The position numbers were made by a program, and so were the translations under genes. A DNA stretch of 64,000 nt from an uncultured Gemmatimonadales bacterium. Its GTDB lineage: Bacteria; Gemmatimonadota; Gemmatimonadetes; Gemmatimonadales; Gemmatimonadaceae. Below are positions 31,312-40,258 of the stretch, piece after piece. The notes under the pieces were generated by a model. The model had not been told where the DNA came from. It worked only from the letters and a program-made list of their open reading frames with translations, and did no database searches. The stretch covers positions 3,936,001 through 4,000,000 of the forward strand of contig OY969695.1 of NCBI GenBank assembly GCA_963701965.1, read 5' to 3'. The first letter of the stretch is position 1. Every line of letters begins with the position of its first letter.

Positions 31312-33072
31312 CTAGACGCTCTCCGCGGACAGCGCGGCGCGCCGGCGGTGCCCCGGCACCAGCTTCGCGAGACGCCGGCCCATTCGGTCCCTGAACTCGG
31401 TCCAATCGCTCCCGCGCGACGTGCTGCTTTCGCGGCCGATGCGCGTGAGCAGGAAGAGGCCGATGGCGCCGAGCACGATGTTCGATGCCCACATCGCCAC
31501 CCACGGGGCGACGTCGCCCCGCTGGGCCAAGGGCTCGCCCGCGATCAGGCCGACGTAATACAGCGCGAAGACGCCCAGGCTCACGCCGAGGACCATCCCC
31601 ACTCCGCCGCGCGGAAACCGCAGCGCGATCGGCGCGCCGAGGATCACGAACGTCATGCAGGCGACCGAGATGGCGAACAGCTTGTGGATTTGGTTGTCGT
31701 ACAGATTCCGGGTCCGCTTCCCCTCGTCGACTCGCGCCCGCGTCGCCTCGATGCTGCTGGTGAGGGTCGTCAGCATGATCGATGCGGGGGACTGGATAAA
31801 AGGCGGCCGATAGACAGGCGTTGGGGGCAACGGCGCTTTCGGCAGCCGAATGGGAGGGCGCTGCGCCACTTGGTGCGGGGGTCTGACCAGTATTGGCTTG
31901 ACGGCCGGCTTTACGGCATGCCGGAGGGGCGGCGTAGCCGGTTTGAACACCGGCGGCGGCGCGGGCGCCGGTGCCGGGGCCGGGGCCGGTGGGGCGGCGC
32001 TGGCCGCCAGCACCGCGGGTTTGGGCGGCGGGGTGGTGGCGGAGTCGCCGCCGCGGAGCTTCCCGCTGATCTTCCCGCGGACTTTCCCGACGAAGTTGCC
32101 CACCCCGGCCAGGCCCTCGCAGTACGCGCGCCCAAGGCCCCACGCGGGGGCGGGCGTCTGCTGGGGCGGTCGCCGGGGGACGTAGACGCCCGTGGTCGCC
32201 GTGCGGACCGCGTCGACCAGCAGATTCCGCACTTCGCTCACCGCTTGCATTTTGGTCTGCTCGCCGGCCGCCACATCGACCTGGAGCTCGCAGACCGTCA
32301 TTTCCCGGTCGCTCTTGTAGTCGTCGTTGGTCGAGCGCGTGAGCTGATCCCCGACGCCTTTGACGCGGATGACGTCCACGAGATAGAACATCCGCTGGAG
32401 CTCCGACGGGGTAGTTTTCTGGACCTCGTTCATGGACCCATGGAACAACGTCAGCTCCAACTCCCCCGTGGCGGGGGACAGGGCCATGAGCCCACTGTCG
32501 GCGTAGATGGTCCGGTCCCGCGTCGGGTCGCCCAGATCGTAGATGGTGATCTCGCGCAGCTGGTTCGTCGCCGGATCGATGTGCGTGGCGTTGAGGAACA
32601 GTTTGCCGGGCGAGACTTCATTGATGACGCGCGGGCGCAGCGCGAACGTCGGCTTCTTGCGCGCGATGTCGCTCTGGAGCGTGCGCAGGCAATGGTTGGC
32701 CCGCGACAGCGCCTGATCGTTGAACGCCACCATGATCAGCGTCAGGAAGAACGAGGCGATGACGACGGGGACCAGGACGCGTCCGACCGACACCCCCGTC
32801 GCTTTGAGCGCCGTGATCTCGTTCTCGGCGGCCAGGCGGCTGAAGGCGTAGAGGACGGCCACCAGCACCGCCATGGGGGCCGTCAAGGCGAAGGTCAGCG
32901 GGATCGAAAGGGAGATGAACTCGACGATCACCGTCCACGGCAACCCTTTCCCTACCAGCTGCCCGATCTGCTTGGCGATGTAGTTGAGCAGCAGCAGGGA
33001 CGTGAGCGAGGCGACCGCGAACACCAGCGGCCCGGCGTGCTCTCGCAACACGTACCTGTTGATTATCTTCAC
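31312..33072 (-). CDS. lptF: LptF/LptG family LPS export permease (LptF) with a Pro-rich insertion
   Basis: IINRYVLRE, LAAENEITALKATGVS, IHKLFAISVAC..F..LGAP, AMWASN. Confidence 0.85.
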   Translation of the reverse strand: MKIINRYVLREHAGPLVFAVASLTSLLLLNYIAKQIGQLVGKGLPWTVIVEFISLSIPLTFALTAPMAVLVAVLYAFSRLAAENEITALKATGVSVGRVLVPVVIASFFLTLIMVAFNDQALSRANHCLRTLQSDIARKKPTFALRPRVINEVSPGKLFLNATHIDPATNQLREITIYDLGDPTRDRTIYADSGLMALSPATGELELTLFHGSMNEVQKTTPSELQRMFYLVDVIRVKGVGDQLTRSTNDDYKSDREMTVCELQVDVAAGEQTKMQAVSEVRNLLVDAVRTATTGVYVPRRPPQQTPAPAWGLGRAYCEGLAGVGNFVGKVRGKISGKLRGGDSATTPPPKPAVLAASAAPPAPAPAPAPAPPPVFKPATPPLRHAVKPAVKPILVRPPHQVAQRPPIRLPKAPLPPTPVYRPPFIQSPASIMLTTLTSSIEATRARVDEGKRTRNLYDNQIHKLFAISVACMTFVILGAPIALRFPRGGVGMVLGVSLGVFALYYVGLIAGEPLAQRGDVAPWVAMWASNIVLGAIGLFLLTRIGRESSTSRGSDWTEFRDRMGRRLAKLVPGHRRRAALSAESV

Positions 33073-33091
33073 TAGCTAAATTCCGCCGCCG

Positions 33092-34009
33092 TTGAGACCA
33101 TTTTCAAGACCGAGCCGCGTGGCCACGTTACTCTGCACGATCGCTTTACTCGGTGCGTGCAGCCGCGGGCGCGCACATACCGCGTTCGACGGTCGCGCCG
33201 CGCTCACGTTCGTCCGCGCCCAACTCGATTTCGGCCCCCGCATTCCGGGCACCGCGGGCGCGCGCCAATGTGGTGACTGGATCATCGCGCAGATGCGCGC
33301 GCGCGCCGACACGGTCATCGTGCAGAGTTGGACGCATACGACGGTGGACGGCAAGGCACTGCCCCTCCGCAACATTCTGGCGCGCTTTCGGCCGTCAGCC
33401 ACCGATCGTGTCCTCTACGTGACCCATTGGGACACGCGCCCGATTTCCGATGAGGCGCCCGACTCCGCGGAGCGGTTGTTGCCGGTGCCCGGCGCCAACG
33501 ACGGCGCCTCGGGCACCGCGCTCCTCATCGAGCTCGGGTCGGTCCTCAAGGCGACGCCACCGTCCGTCGGCGTCGATCTGCTGTTCGTCGACGGCGAGGA
33601 CTACGGCTCTTTCTCCTCCGACCGCAATGTGCTCCTCGGCTCGACGTATTTCGCGTCGCATCTGCCCGCGCCCGACTACAAGCCCCTGTTCGGCGTGCTG
33701 TGGGACATGATCGGGGATCGGGACCTCCAGATCTACGAGGAAGGGAATTCGCTCCAAAAAGCGCCCGAGGTCGTGGCCCGCGTGTGGCAGCAGGCGGCGG
33801 ATTTGGGCTACGCGAGCTACTTCATACCCCGCAACAAGTACACGGTCACGGACGACCACGTCCCCCTCCTCCGTGCCGGCCTCCGGGTCGTCGACGTCAT
33901 CGACTTCGACTACCAGGGCATCCACCACACGCCCCGGGACACGTTCGACAAGGTGTCCGCCGCCTCCCTCCAGATCGTTGGGGACGTGGCCACCAGCCTC
34001 GTCGAGTAG
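33092..34009 (+). CDS. M28 family peptidase / glutaminyl cyclase-like lipoprotein
   Basis: Lipobox LGAC; FGPRIPG, HWDTRP, GANDGASG, DGEDYG, DMIGD, DDH, HHT..DT. Confidence 0.88.
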   Translation: MRPFSRPSRVATLLCTIALLGACSRGRAHTAFDGRAALTFVRAQLDFGPRIPGTAGARQCGDWIIAQMRARADTVIVQSWTHTTVDGKALPLRNILARFRPSATDRVLYVTHWDTRPISDEAPDSAERLLPVPGANDGASGTALLIELGSVLKATPPSVGVDLLFVDGEDYGSFSSDRNVLLGSTYFASHLPAPDYKPLFGVLWDMIGDRDLQIYEEGNSLQKAPEVVARVWQQAADLGYASYFIPRNKYTVTDDHVPLLRAGLRVVDVIDFDYQGIHHTPRDTFDKVSAASLQIVGDVATSLVE

Positions 34010-34029
34010 AGCTCCGCGAAGCGGAGCTC
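34009..34029 (+). terminator. Hairpin directly after the M28 gene
   Basis: GAGCTCCGC-GAA-GCGGAGCTC, a perfect 9-bp stem; U-tract is weak. Confidence 0.4.
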
Positions 34030-34217
34030 AGTTCAACCGACGGGGTCACGGGGCAGGGGTGCGTTTTTCAGCACCCTGCTCGTGACCCACCGCCCCGACG
34101 CGGCGTCCTGCAAATGCGGCGCCCCGGTGAAACCGGGCGCTACGCGCACATTCGTTTGCTTCCCGCACTTGGCTCCGGGTCCGTGGATCATTCGCGCCTC
34201 TCACCCTGTCCACTGTT

Positions 34218-36038
34218 GTGCCGGCCCCGGTAACCGCGGCCGGCCCCGACCGGATTGGTGAAACCCTGCTTAAGGAAGGGCTGATCAGTAAAGATCAGCT
34301 CGCCGCCGCGCTACGCGAGCAAAAGCAGAACGGAACCAGTATTGGGTACAGCCTCGTCAAGCTCGGGTTCCTGCCCGAGCTCGAGATCACGAAGATGTTG
34401 GCCCGGCAGCACCGCATGCCGGCCGTCGACCTGTCGAAATTCGAAGTCGACCCCAAGATCGCCAAGCTGATCCCGTCCGACCTGGCGACCAAGCACCTCG
34501 TCCTCCCCTTGAAGCGCGACGGCCGGACGCTGACCGTCGCCGTCGCCGACCCCACGAACTTGGGGGTGATCGAGGACATCAAGTTCGTCACCCGCTACGA
34601 CATCTTCCCGGTCATCGCCGGCGAGTTCACGCTCCGCAACACGATCGAGCGCTTCTACGAGTCGTCCAATGCGGCGATGCAGAGCCTGCTCGAGGACATC
34701 GCCTCCGAATCCGGGGAAGACGTCGAAGTCGTCGAGGAGAACGACGATGAAGCGGGGGGCATGGCGCTCGACGACGCCCCCGTCGTCAAGCTCCTGAACG
34801 CGATCCTGACCGACGCCGTCAAGCGCGGCGCGTCCGACATCCATTTCGAGTGCTTCGAGCACGAGCTCCGCGTCCGCTACCGCATTGACGGCGCCTTGCT
34901 CGAGGTCATGAAGCCGCCAATGAAGATGAAGGCGGCGCTGATCTCGCGATTCAAGATCATGGCCTCGCTCAATATCGCCGAGCGCCGTATCCCGCAGGAC
35001 GGCCGCATCAAGCTCAAGCTCGGCAAAAAGGTCATTGATTATCGCGTCTCGACGTTGCCGACCCTGTTCGGCGAAAAAGTCGTTCTGCGAATTCTCGACA
35101 AAGGCAACCTGACGTTCGACCTGGAGAAGTTCGGCATCGAGCCCCGCGCCGAGCGCGAGCTGATGGAAGCGATCTCCAATCCCTACGGCATGGTCCTGGT
35201 CACCGGCCCCACGGGTTCCGGCAAGACGACGACGCTCTACTCGGCGCTCTCCAAGGTCAACAACATCGACGTCAACATCATGACCGCCGAGGATCCCGTC
35301 GAGTACAACCTGTTCGGGATCAATCAGGTGTTGGTGCGGAACGAGATCGGGATGACGTTCGCCGCCGCGCTCAAGGCATTCCTGCGGCAGGACCCGAACA
35401 TCATCATGGTCGGCGAGATTCGAGACCTGGAGACCGGCGGCATCGCCATCAAGGCGGCGCTCACCGGCCACCTCGTGCTCTCCACGCTCCACACCAACTC
35501 GGCGCCAGAGACGGTGACGCGCCTCATGGACATGGGGCTGGAACCGTTCAACGTCGCCAGTGCGCTCAATCTCGTCCTGGCCCAGCGTCTCTTGCGGCGC
35601 GTGTGCAGCTCCTGCAAGGAAAAGTACGAGCCGGAGGACACCGAATTCGCGGCCGCCAAGGTCAAGCGGACGACGACGCTGCGCGAGATGCGGTTCACCG
35701 ACATGGCGCTGGCCGACGCCAAGCCCCGGGCCATTAAAGAGGCGGTGCCGTTTCTCGAGCATCTGTCGCTGGACACGACGATCGGCGAGTTGCCGTTCTT
35801 TCGGGGCACCGGCTGCAATGCCTGCAACGGCACGGGCTACAAGGGGCGCCAGGGCGCCTACGAGGTCATGATGATGACCCCCGGGCTGCGCAAGCTGATT
35901 CTGCAGAACGTCGGCGCGGCCGAGATCCGCGACGCCGCGATCGACGAAGGCATGCTCACCCTCCGAATGGACGGGTGGCTCAAGATCCTCAAGGGGATCA
36001 CCACCATCGAACAAGTCGTCCGGGAGACGAGCGCATGA
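34218..36038 (+). CDS. pilB: Type IV pilus assembly ATPase PilB with N-terminal MshEN domain
   Basis: RIGETLLKEGLI...L...LREQ, ASDIH, PQDGR, GPTGSGKTTTLY, LRQDP, CSSC...CNAC. Confidence 0.95.
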   Translation: MPAPVTAAGPDRIGETLLKEGLISKDQLAAALREQKQNGTSIGYSLVKLGFLPELEITKMLARQHRMPAVDLSKFEVDPKIAKLIPSDLATKHLVLPLKRDGRTLTVAVADPTNLGVIEDIKFVTRYDIFPVIAGEFTLRNTIERFYESSNAAMQSLLEDIASESGEDVEVVEENDDEAGGMALDDAPVVKLLNAILTDAVKRGASDIHFECFEHELRVRYRIDGALLEVMKPPMKMKAALISRFKIMASLNIAERRIPQDGRIKLKLGKKVIDYRVSTLPTLFGEKVVLRILDKGNLTFDLEKFGIEPRAERELMEAISNPYGMVLVTGPTGSGKTTTLYSALSKVNNIDVNIMTAEDPVEYNLFGINQVLVRNEIGMTFAAALKAFLRQDPNIIMVGEIRDLETGGIAIKAALTGHLVLSTLHTNSAPETVTRLMDMGLEPFNVASALNLVLAQRLLRRVCSSCKEKYEPEDTEFAAAKVKRTTTLREMRFTDMALADAKPRAIKEAVPFLEHLSLDTTIGELPFFRGTGCNACNGTGYKGRQGAYEVMMMTPGLRKLILQNVGAAEIRDAAIDEGMLTLRMDGWLKILKGITTIEQVVRETSA

Positions 36039-37153
36039 GCGCCACCGCTGCCCCGCAAGCCGCCGCGCCGCCGAGCGGCGGCGTGAATCTTCGCTCCCTC
36101 CTCGAGGAGATGATCGAGCGGGATGCGTCGGACCTGCACATCACGGCCGGCGAACGGCCGAAGCTGCGCGTGGACGGCGAGATCACGAACTCGCGCAACG
36201 AGTACGTGATGAACCCCAAGGACACGCTGACGCTCGCCTACTCCGTCCTCACCGAGAACCAGAAGAAGCGGTTCGAGATGGAGGACGAGCTGGACTTCTC
36301 CTTCGGCATCCAGAACCTGGCCCGCTTCCGCGGCAACTGCTTCAAGCAGCGCGGATGCGTGTCCATGGCCATCCGGCAGATCCCGTTCTCCATCAAGACG
36401 TTCCAGGACCTGGGATTGCCCGCCGTGATCGCCAAGATGGCGGAGAAGCCGCGCGGACTGGTGCTGGTGACCGGGCCGACGGGGTCGGGCAAGTCCACGA
36501 CGCTGGCCGCCATGATCGACAAGATCAACCGCGAGCGCCGCGGCCACATTATCACGGTCGAAGACCCGATCGAGTTCATCCACCGCCATCAAAGCTGCAT
36601 CGTCAACCAGCGCGAGGTGGGGACGGACACGAAATCGTTCCAAGCGGCCCTGAAATACGCGTTGCGGGAAGACCCCGACGTGATCCTCATCGGTGAGATG
36701 CGCGACCTGGACACGATCCAGGCGGCGCTGACCATCGCCGAGACCGGCCACTTGGCCTTCGCCACGCTGCACACGAATTCGGCGGCCGAAGCCGTCAACC
36801 GGATGATCGACGTCTTCCCGGCGCACCAACAGTCGCAGGTGCGGGCCCAGCTGGCGTTCGTGCTGGAGGGGATCATTACTCAAACGCTGCTGGCGAAAGC
36901 CAAGGGGCGGGGCCGGTCGATGGCGGCGGAGATTCTCGTCGTCACCCCGGCGATCCGGGCGCTGATCCGCGACGACAAGATCCACCAGATCTACTCGTCA
37001 ATGCAATCCGGGAAGAAGTATGGCATGCAGACGCTCAACGACTCGCTGTACGGTCTGTACATGGCGCGCGATGTCTCGGTGGAAGAGTGCCTGCGCGTCT
37101 CCAGCGACCCCAATGAGTTCTTGCGCATGATCGGCCAGCCGCCGCTCGAATGA
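36035..37153 (+). CDS. pilT: Type IV pilus retraction ATPase PilT
   Basis: ASDLH, GPTGSGKSTT, EDPIE, LREDPD, AETGHL, AIRALIR, GMQTL. Confidence 0.95.
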   Translation: MSATAAPQAAAPPSGGVNLRSLLEEMIERDASDLHITAGERPKLRVDGEITNSRNEYVMNPKDTLTLAYSVLTENQKKRFEMEDELDFSFGIQNLARFRGNCFKQRGCVSMAIRQIPFSIKTFQDLGLPAVIAKMAEKPRGLVLVTGPTGSGKSTTLAAMIDKINRERRGHIITVEDPIEFIHRHQSCIVNQREVGTDTKSFQAALKYALREDPDVILIGEMRDLDTIQAALTIAETGHLAFATLHTNSAAEAVNRMIDVFPAHQQSQVRAQLAFVLEGIITQTLLAKAKGRGRSMAAEILVVTPAIRALIRDDKIHQIYSSMQSGKKYGMQTLNDSLYGLYMARDVSVEECLRVSSDPNEFLRMIGQPPLE

Positions 37154-37234
37154 CGGGCCCGGCGAGGCCAAAACTGCACCATCCGCCGGTAAGGCGGCGA
37201 ACGGCCGTCGTTAACTCTAGAGAGGACTGCTCAC

Positions 37235-38437
37235 ATGCCGAGCTTCACCTATACCGCGCGCGCGGTCAACGGCGAGCTGAAGACCGCGACGATCGACGCC
37301 GCTACCCGCGAGGACGTCGTCGCCCAGCTGCGGCGCCAGCGTCTCACGGTCGTCAAGGTCGACGACGCCGGTGACGCCAAGAAGAAACCGAGCGCTGGCC
37401 GGATCAAGATGCGGGACATCGTCATCTTCACCCGCCAGTTCTCGACGATGATCAACTCCGGTCTGCCGCTGGTCCAGGCGCTCGACATTCTGGCCAAGCA
37501 GAGCGAGAACAAAGCGCTGCAGTCGGTCACGCGCGCCGTGGTGTTCGACGTGGAGTCGGGCCATACCGTGGCCGACGCCCTCCGCAAACATCCCAAGGCG
37601 TTCACCGACCTGTACGTGAACATGGTCGCCGCCGGTGAGGCGGGTGGTATCCTCGATACCATCCTCATGCGGTTGGCGACGTTCATGGAAAAGAACGACA
37701 ACCTGGTGCGCAAGGTGAAGGGCGCGATGATCTACCCGGGCGTCATCATGACCGTGGCCTTCATCGCAATCGCGATCCTCTTGATCTTCGTGATTCCGGT
37801 GTTCGAAAACATGTTCGGATCGGTCGGCCTCGCGCTGCCGCTCCCGACCCGCATCGTCATCGGCCTCTCCAAGTTCCTGCGCGGCTTGGGTGGTCTGGCC
37901 GTCGCCGGCGGCGCCGTTGGGGGGTTCTTCCTCGTCAAGCAGTACTACCAGACGCCGAACGGCAAGCTGCAGATCGACAAGCTGTTGCTGTCGTTCCCGG
38001 TACTCGGTGACGTGCTCCGCAAGTCGGCCGTCTCCCGGTTCACGCGCACGCTGGGGACGTTGATCAGCTCCGGCGTCAGCATTCTCGATGGACTCGAGAT
38101 CACCGCCAAGACCGCCGGCAACCGCGTCATCCAGGACGCCATCATGGCGTCCCGCGCTTCGATCGCCGGTGGTGACACGATCGCCGCACCGCTGGCCAAG
38201 TCCCAGGTCTTCCCGCCCATGGTGATCTCGATGATCGCCGTCGGCGAGTCGACCGGTGGTCTCGACGAGATGTTGTCGAAGATCGCCGACTTCTACGACG
38301 AAGAGGTCGACGCCGCCGTCTCCGGCTTGCTCTCCTTGCTGGAGCCGGTCATGATCGTGTTCCTCGGCGTCGTCGTCGGCGGCATGGTGGTCGCCATGTA
38401 CCTGCCGATCTTCGACATGATCAACGCCGTGCAGTGA
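37235..38437 (+). CDS. pilC: Type IV pilus platform protein PilC
   Basis: FTRQFSTMI.SGLPL, AGE.GG.LD, YP, RF.RTL, GE..G.LD, LEP, YLPIF. Confidence 0.95.
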   Translation: MPSFTYTARAVNGELKTATIDAATREDVVAQLRRQRLTVVKVDDAGDAKKKPSAGRIKMRDIVIFTRQFSTMINSGLPLVQALDILAKQSENKALQSVTRAVVFDVESGHTVADALRKHPKAFTDLYVNMVAAGEAGGILDTILMRLATFMEKNDNLVRKVKGAMIYPGVIMTVAFIAIAILLIFVIPVFENMFGSVGLALPLPTRIVIGLSKFLRGLGGLAVAGGAVGGFFLVKQYYQTPNGKLQIDKLLLSFPVLGDVLRKSAVSRFTRTLGTLISSGVSILDGLEITAKTAGNRVIQDAIMASRASIAGGDTIAAPLAKSQVFPPMVISMIAVGESTGGLDEMLSKIADFYDEEVDAAVSGLLSLLEPVMIVFLGVVVGGMVVAMYLPIFDMINAVQ

Positions 38438-38474
38438 TCGCGAGCTCGCGGCGGTAAAGCCGAAGTAGTTCCAA

Positions 38475-38506
38475 CGGGGCGGCAGCCAAATTCGGCTGCC
38501 GCCCCG
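38475..38506 (+). terminator. Hairpin after pilC
   Basis: CGGGGCGGCAGCC-AAATTC-GGCTGCCGCCCCG, a perfect 13-bp stem. Confidence 0.65.
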
Positions 38507-38512
38507 CTCGCA

Positions 38513-38655
38513 TCTATGAATGCCTTAGGGTGCATATGGATTGTCCGGACGTCTATGACTGCCTTGGGATACATAAACCTTGACTTCGGTCAATGGCTGC
38601 CATAGGATACATAGAGCGTTGCCACGTATGATATGCATCCTATAGCGCGCATAGA
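38513..38655. promoter_or_regulatory. hipBA promoter with four 24-bp operator-like repeats
   Basis: Repeats at 38513-36, 38552-75, 38590-613 and (inverted) 38632-55, consensus TCTATGnnTGCCwTAGGATrCATA; -35 TTGACT (38580) with 17-bp spacing to -10 TAGGAT (38603). Confidence 0.75.
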
Positions 38656-38669
38656 TAGCGAGAGAGGAG

Positions 38670-38981
38670 ATGCCACGATCAAAGCAACCTGATCTCACCC
38701 AGCTCGCGGCGGCGCCCGCGGACGCCGTCAAACGCGGGGTAAGAGTCTTCACGCCAAAGGATGTCGGGGATGTGGTCCGCGTCGCCCGCGAGCGAACGCT
38801 CGGACGTCAAGTCAATGCCACACGAAGGCTTGGTGTGAGTCGCAGCATGCTCGGGGGACTGGAACGGGGCGAAGGGGGGTCGCAGCTCGACCTGACGCTG
38901 CGCGTCCTGACGGACCTCGGATTCGACGTCGTGCTCGTGCCGCGCGATCCATCCCTTTCCGTGCGCGGAGACGATGTCTGA
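38670..38981 (+). CDS. hipB: HipB-like XRE helix-turn-helix antitoxin
   Basis: VGDVVRVAR...Q......LGVSR..LGGLERG HTH; stop overlaps the hipA start. Confidence 0.8.
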   Translation: MPRSKQPDLTQLAAAPADAVKRGVRVFTPKDVGDVVRVARERTLGRQVNATRRLGVSRSMLGGLERGEGGSQLDLTLRVLTDLGFDVVLVPRDPSLSVRGDDV

Positions 38982-40258
38982 TGGTGCTCACGGTATGGCG
39001 CGATGCGCGGCGTGTTGGCTTGCTCGACACCGCGCCCGACGGCCAAGTGCGATTTACCTATGATGCCGACGTGGTCGCCGATCCCCATCCGGAATACGCT
39101 GTGGGTTGGCGGTGCCCGGTCCGGGCGAAGCCATATACCGGCCTCGCGGCCGCGGCGGTCTTCGAGAATCTCCTGCCCGAAGGCGCGCTCCGCAGCGCGC
39201 TTGGACTCGCCACGAAACATGACCCCAGCGACACGGTAGGCCTGCTCGGCGTCGTTGCCGGTGAATGCGCCGGTGCGCTACAGCTCTGGCCCGCTGCCGT
39301 ATCGCCACCCCAACAGGCGGAGTACGACGACGCGTCCGATGCGACACTCAGTGCCGCGTTCACCGTCGCAAACGCACAGCTCCGCCAGGTCATGGGGCGT
39401 GCCTCGCTCTCTGGCACGCAACCGAAGCTTGCCCTCTGGCGTATGCCTCCCGTCGGAGGCGAAGACCCGCGATATAGGCTCCCGAAGAATGGGGCGCCCA
39501 CGACCGTGGTCGTTAAGCGGCCCAGTCAGGGGTTCCCGCACCTGCTGGAAGCCGAGATGGTTGGCATGCGTCTCATGCAATCAGCGGGAGTGTCTACCGC
39601 ATCGAGCGCGCCCTGTCGCCTGGCGATGGACTGTCACGAATCCGCGCGCTTCGACCGCGTGCTCACCGCGGACGGGCAGGTGCATCGGCGCCACGCGGAA
39701 GATGGATGTCAGCTGACCGGGCGCCTGTCCCAGAACAAATACGCACGACAAAACGCCCCGACGTTCTCGGAGCTCTCTGCCGTACTCAATCGTTCCAGCG
39801 CCAATCCGCTCGAGGATCGCGAAGCTCTTTTCCGATGGGCGGTGGCGAACGCCGCCGTGGGGAACTACGACGCCCATGCCAAGAATATCAGTGTGGTGTA
39901 TGTGGCCGCCGACCGCGTGCGACTCGCGCCGGCGTACGACGTCGTGGTTACCGCTGTGTATGAAGGTCTCGACCGGGAGTTCGCGCTCCACTTTGCAGGC
40001 ACCACGGATCCGCAGGCGCTGGTGCCCGCGAGTCTCAGGGTCGCTGCGCGCGAGTTCGGATTGCCAGGCGGACGCGTCACCGAGATTGCCGACGACGTCG
40101 TGCGTCGCGTCCAATCCCAGCTCCCGGATGTCTTGCAAGAAGTCTCGCGCGGCAGTGCGGCGCCGGGGATGCTGGACCGACTGAGCGCATCGGTCTTGCA
40201 GACTTCGACTGAGCTCGCTGAGCGTCTCGGCCTATCGACGACGCGCGCCACCCGCTAG
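38981..40258 (+). CDS. hipA: HipA family Ser/Thr kinase toxin
   Basis: Couple_hipA N-domain (FENLLPEG, GECAGAL), SLSGTQPK, RFDR, EDGCQ, GNYDAHAKN, LAPAYD. Confidence 0.92.
   Translation: MVLTVWRDARRVGLLDTAPDGQVRFTYDADVVADPHPEYAVGWRCPVRAKPYTGLAAAAVFENLLPEGALRSALGLATKHDPSDTVGLLGVVAGECAGALQLWPAAVSPPQQAEYDDASDATLSAAFTVANAQLRQVMGRASLSGTQPKLALWRMPPVGGEDPRYRLPKNGAPTTVVVKRPSQGFPHLLEAEMVGMRLMQSAGVSTASSAPCRLAMDCHESARFDRVLTADGQVHRRHAEDGCQLTGRLSQNKYARQNAPTFSELSAVLNRSSANPLEDREALFRWAVANAAVGNYDAHAKNISVVYVAADRVRLAPAYDVVVTAVYEGLDREFALHFAGTTDPQALVPASLRVAAREFGLPGGRVTEIADDVVRRVQSQLPDVLQEVSRGSAAPGMLDRLSASVLQTSTELAERLGLSTTRATR

Noticed and set aside
30187..33075. 962-aa plus-strand ORF and other long antisense ORFs (e.g. 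16270-18330, 18493-20457, 41410-43269)
   Set aside because: Shadow frames opposite well-supported genes in GC-rich DNA; Arg/Gly/Ala-rich with no recognisable motifs
34100..34150. c-di-GMP-I riboswitch before pilB
   Set aside because: Has GCAAA and a GAAA-like loop but lacks the GGCAAAC...GACGCAAAGC arrangement and second stem
38513..38655. Possible mini-CRISPR array
   Set aside because: Repeats are degenerate, one is inverted, spacers are only 14-18 bp, no cas genes are present, and the position fits TA operators
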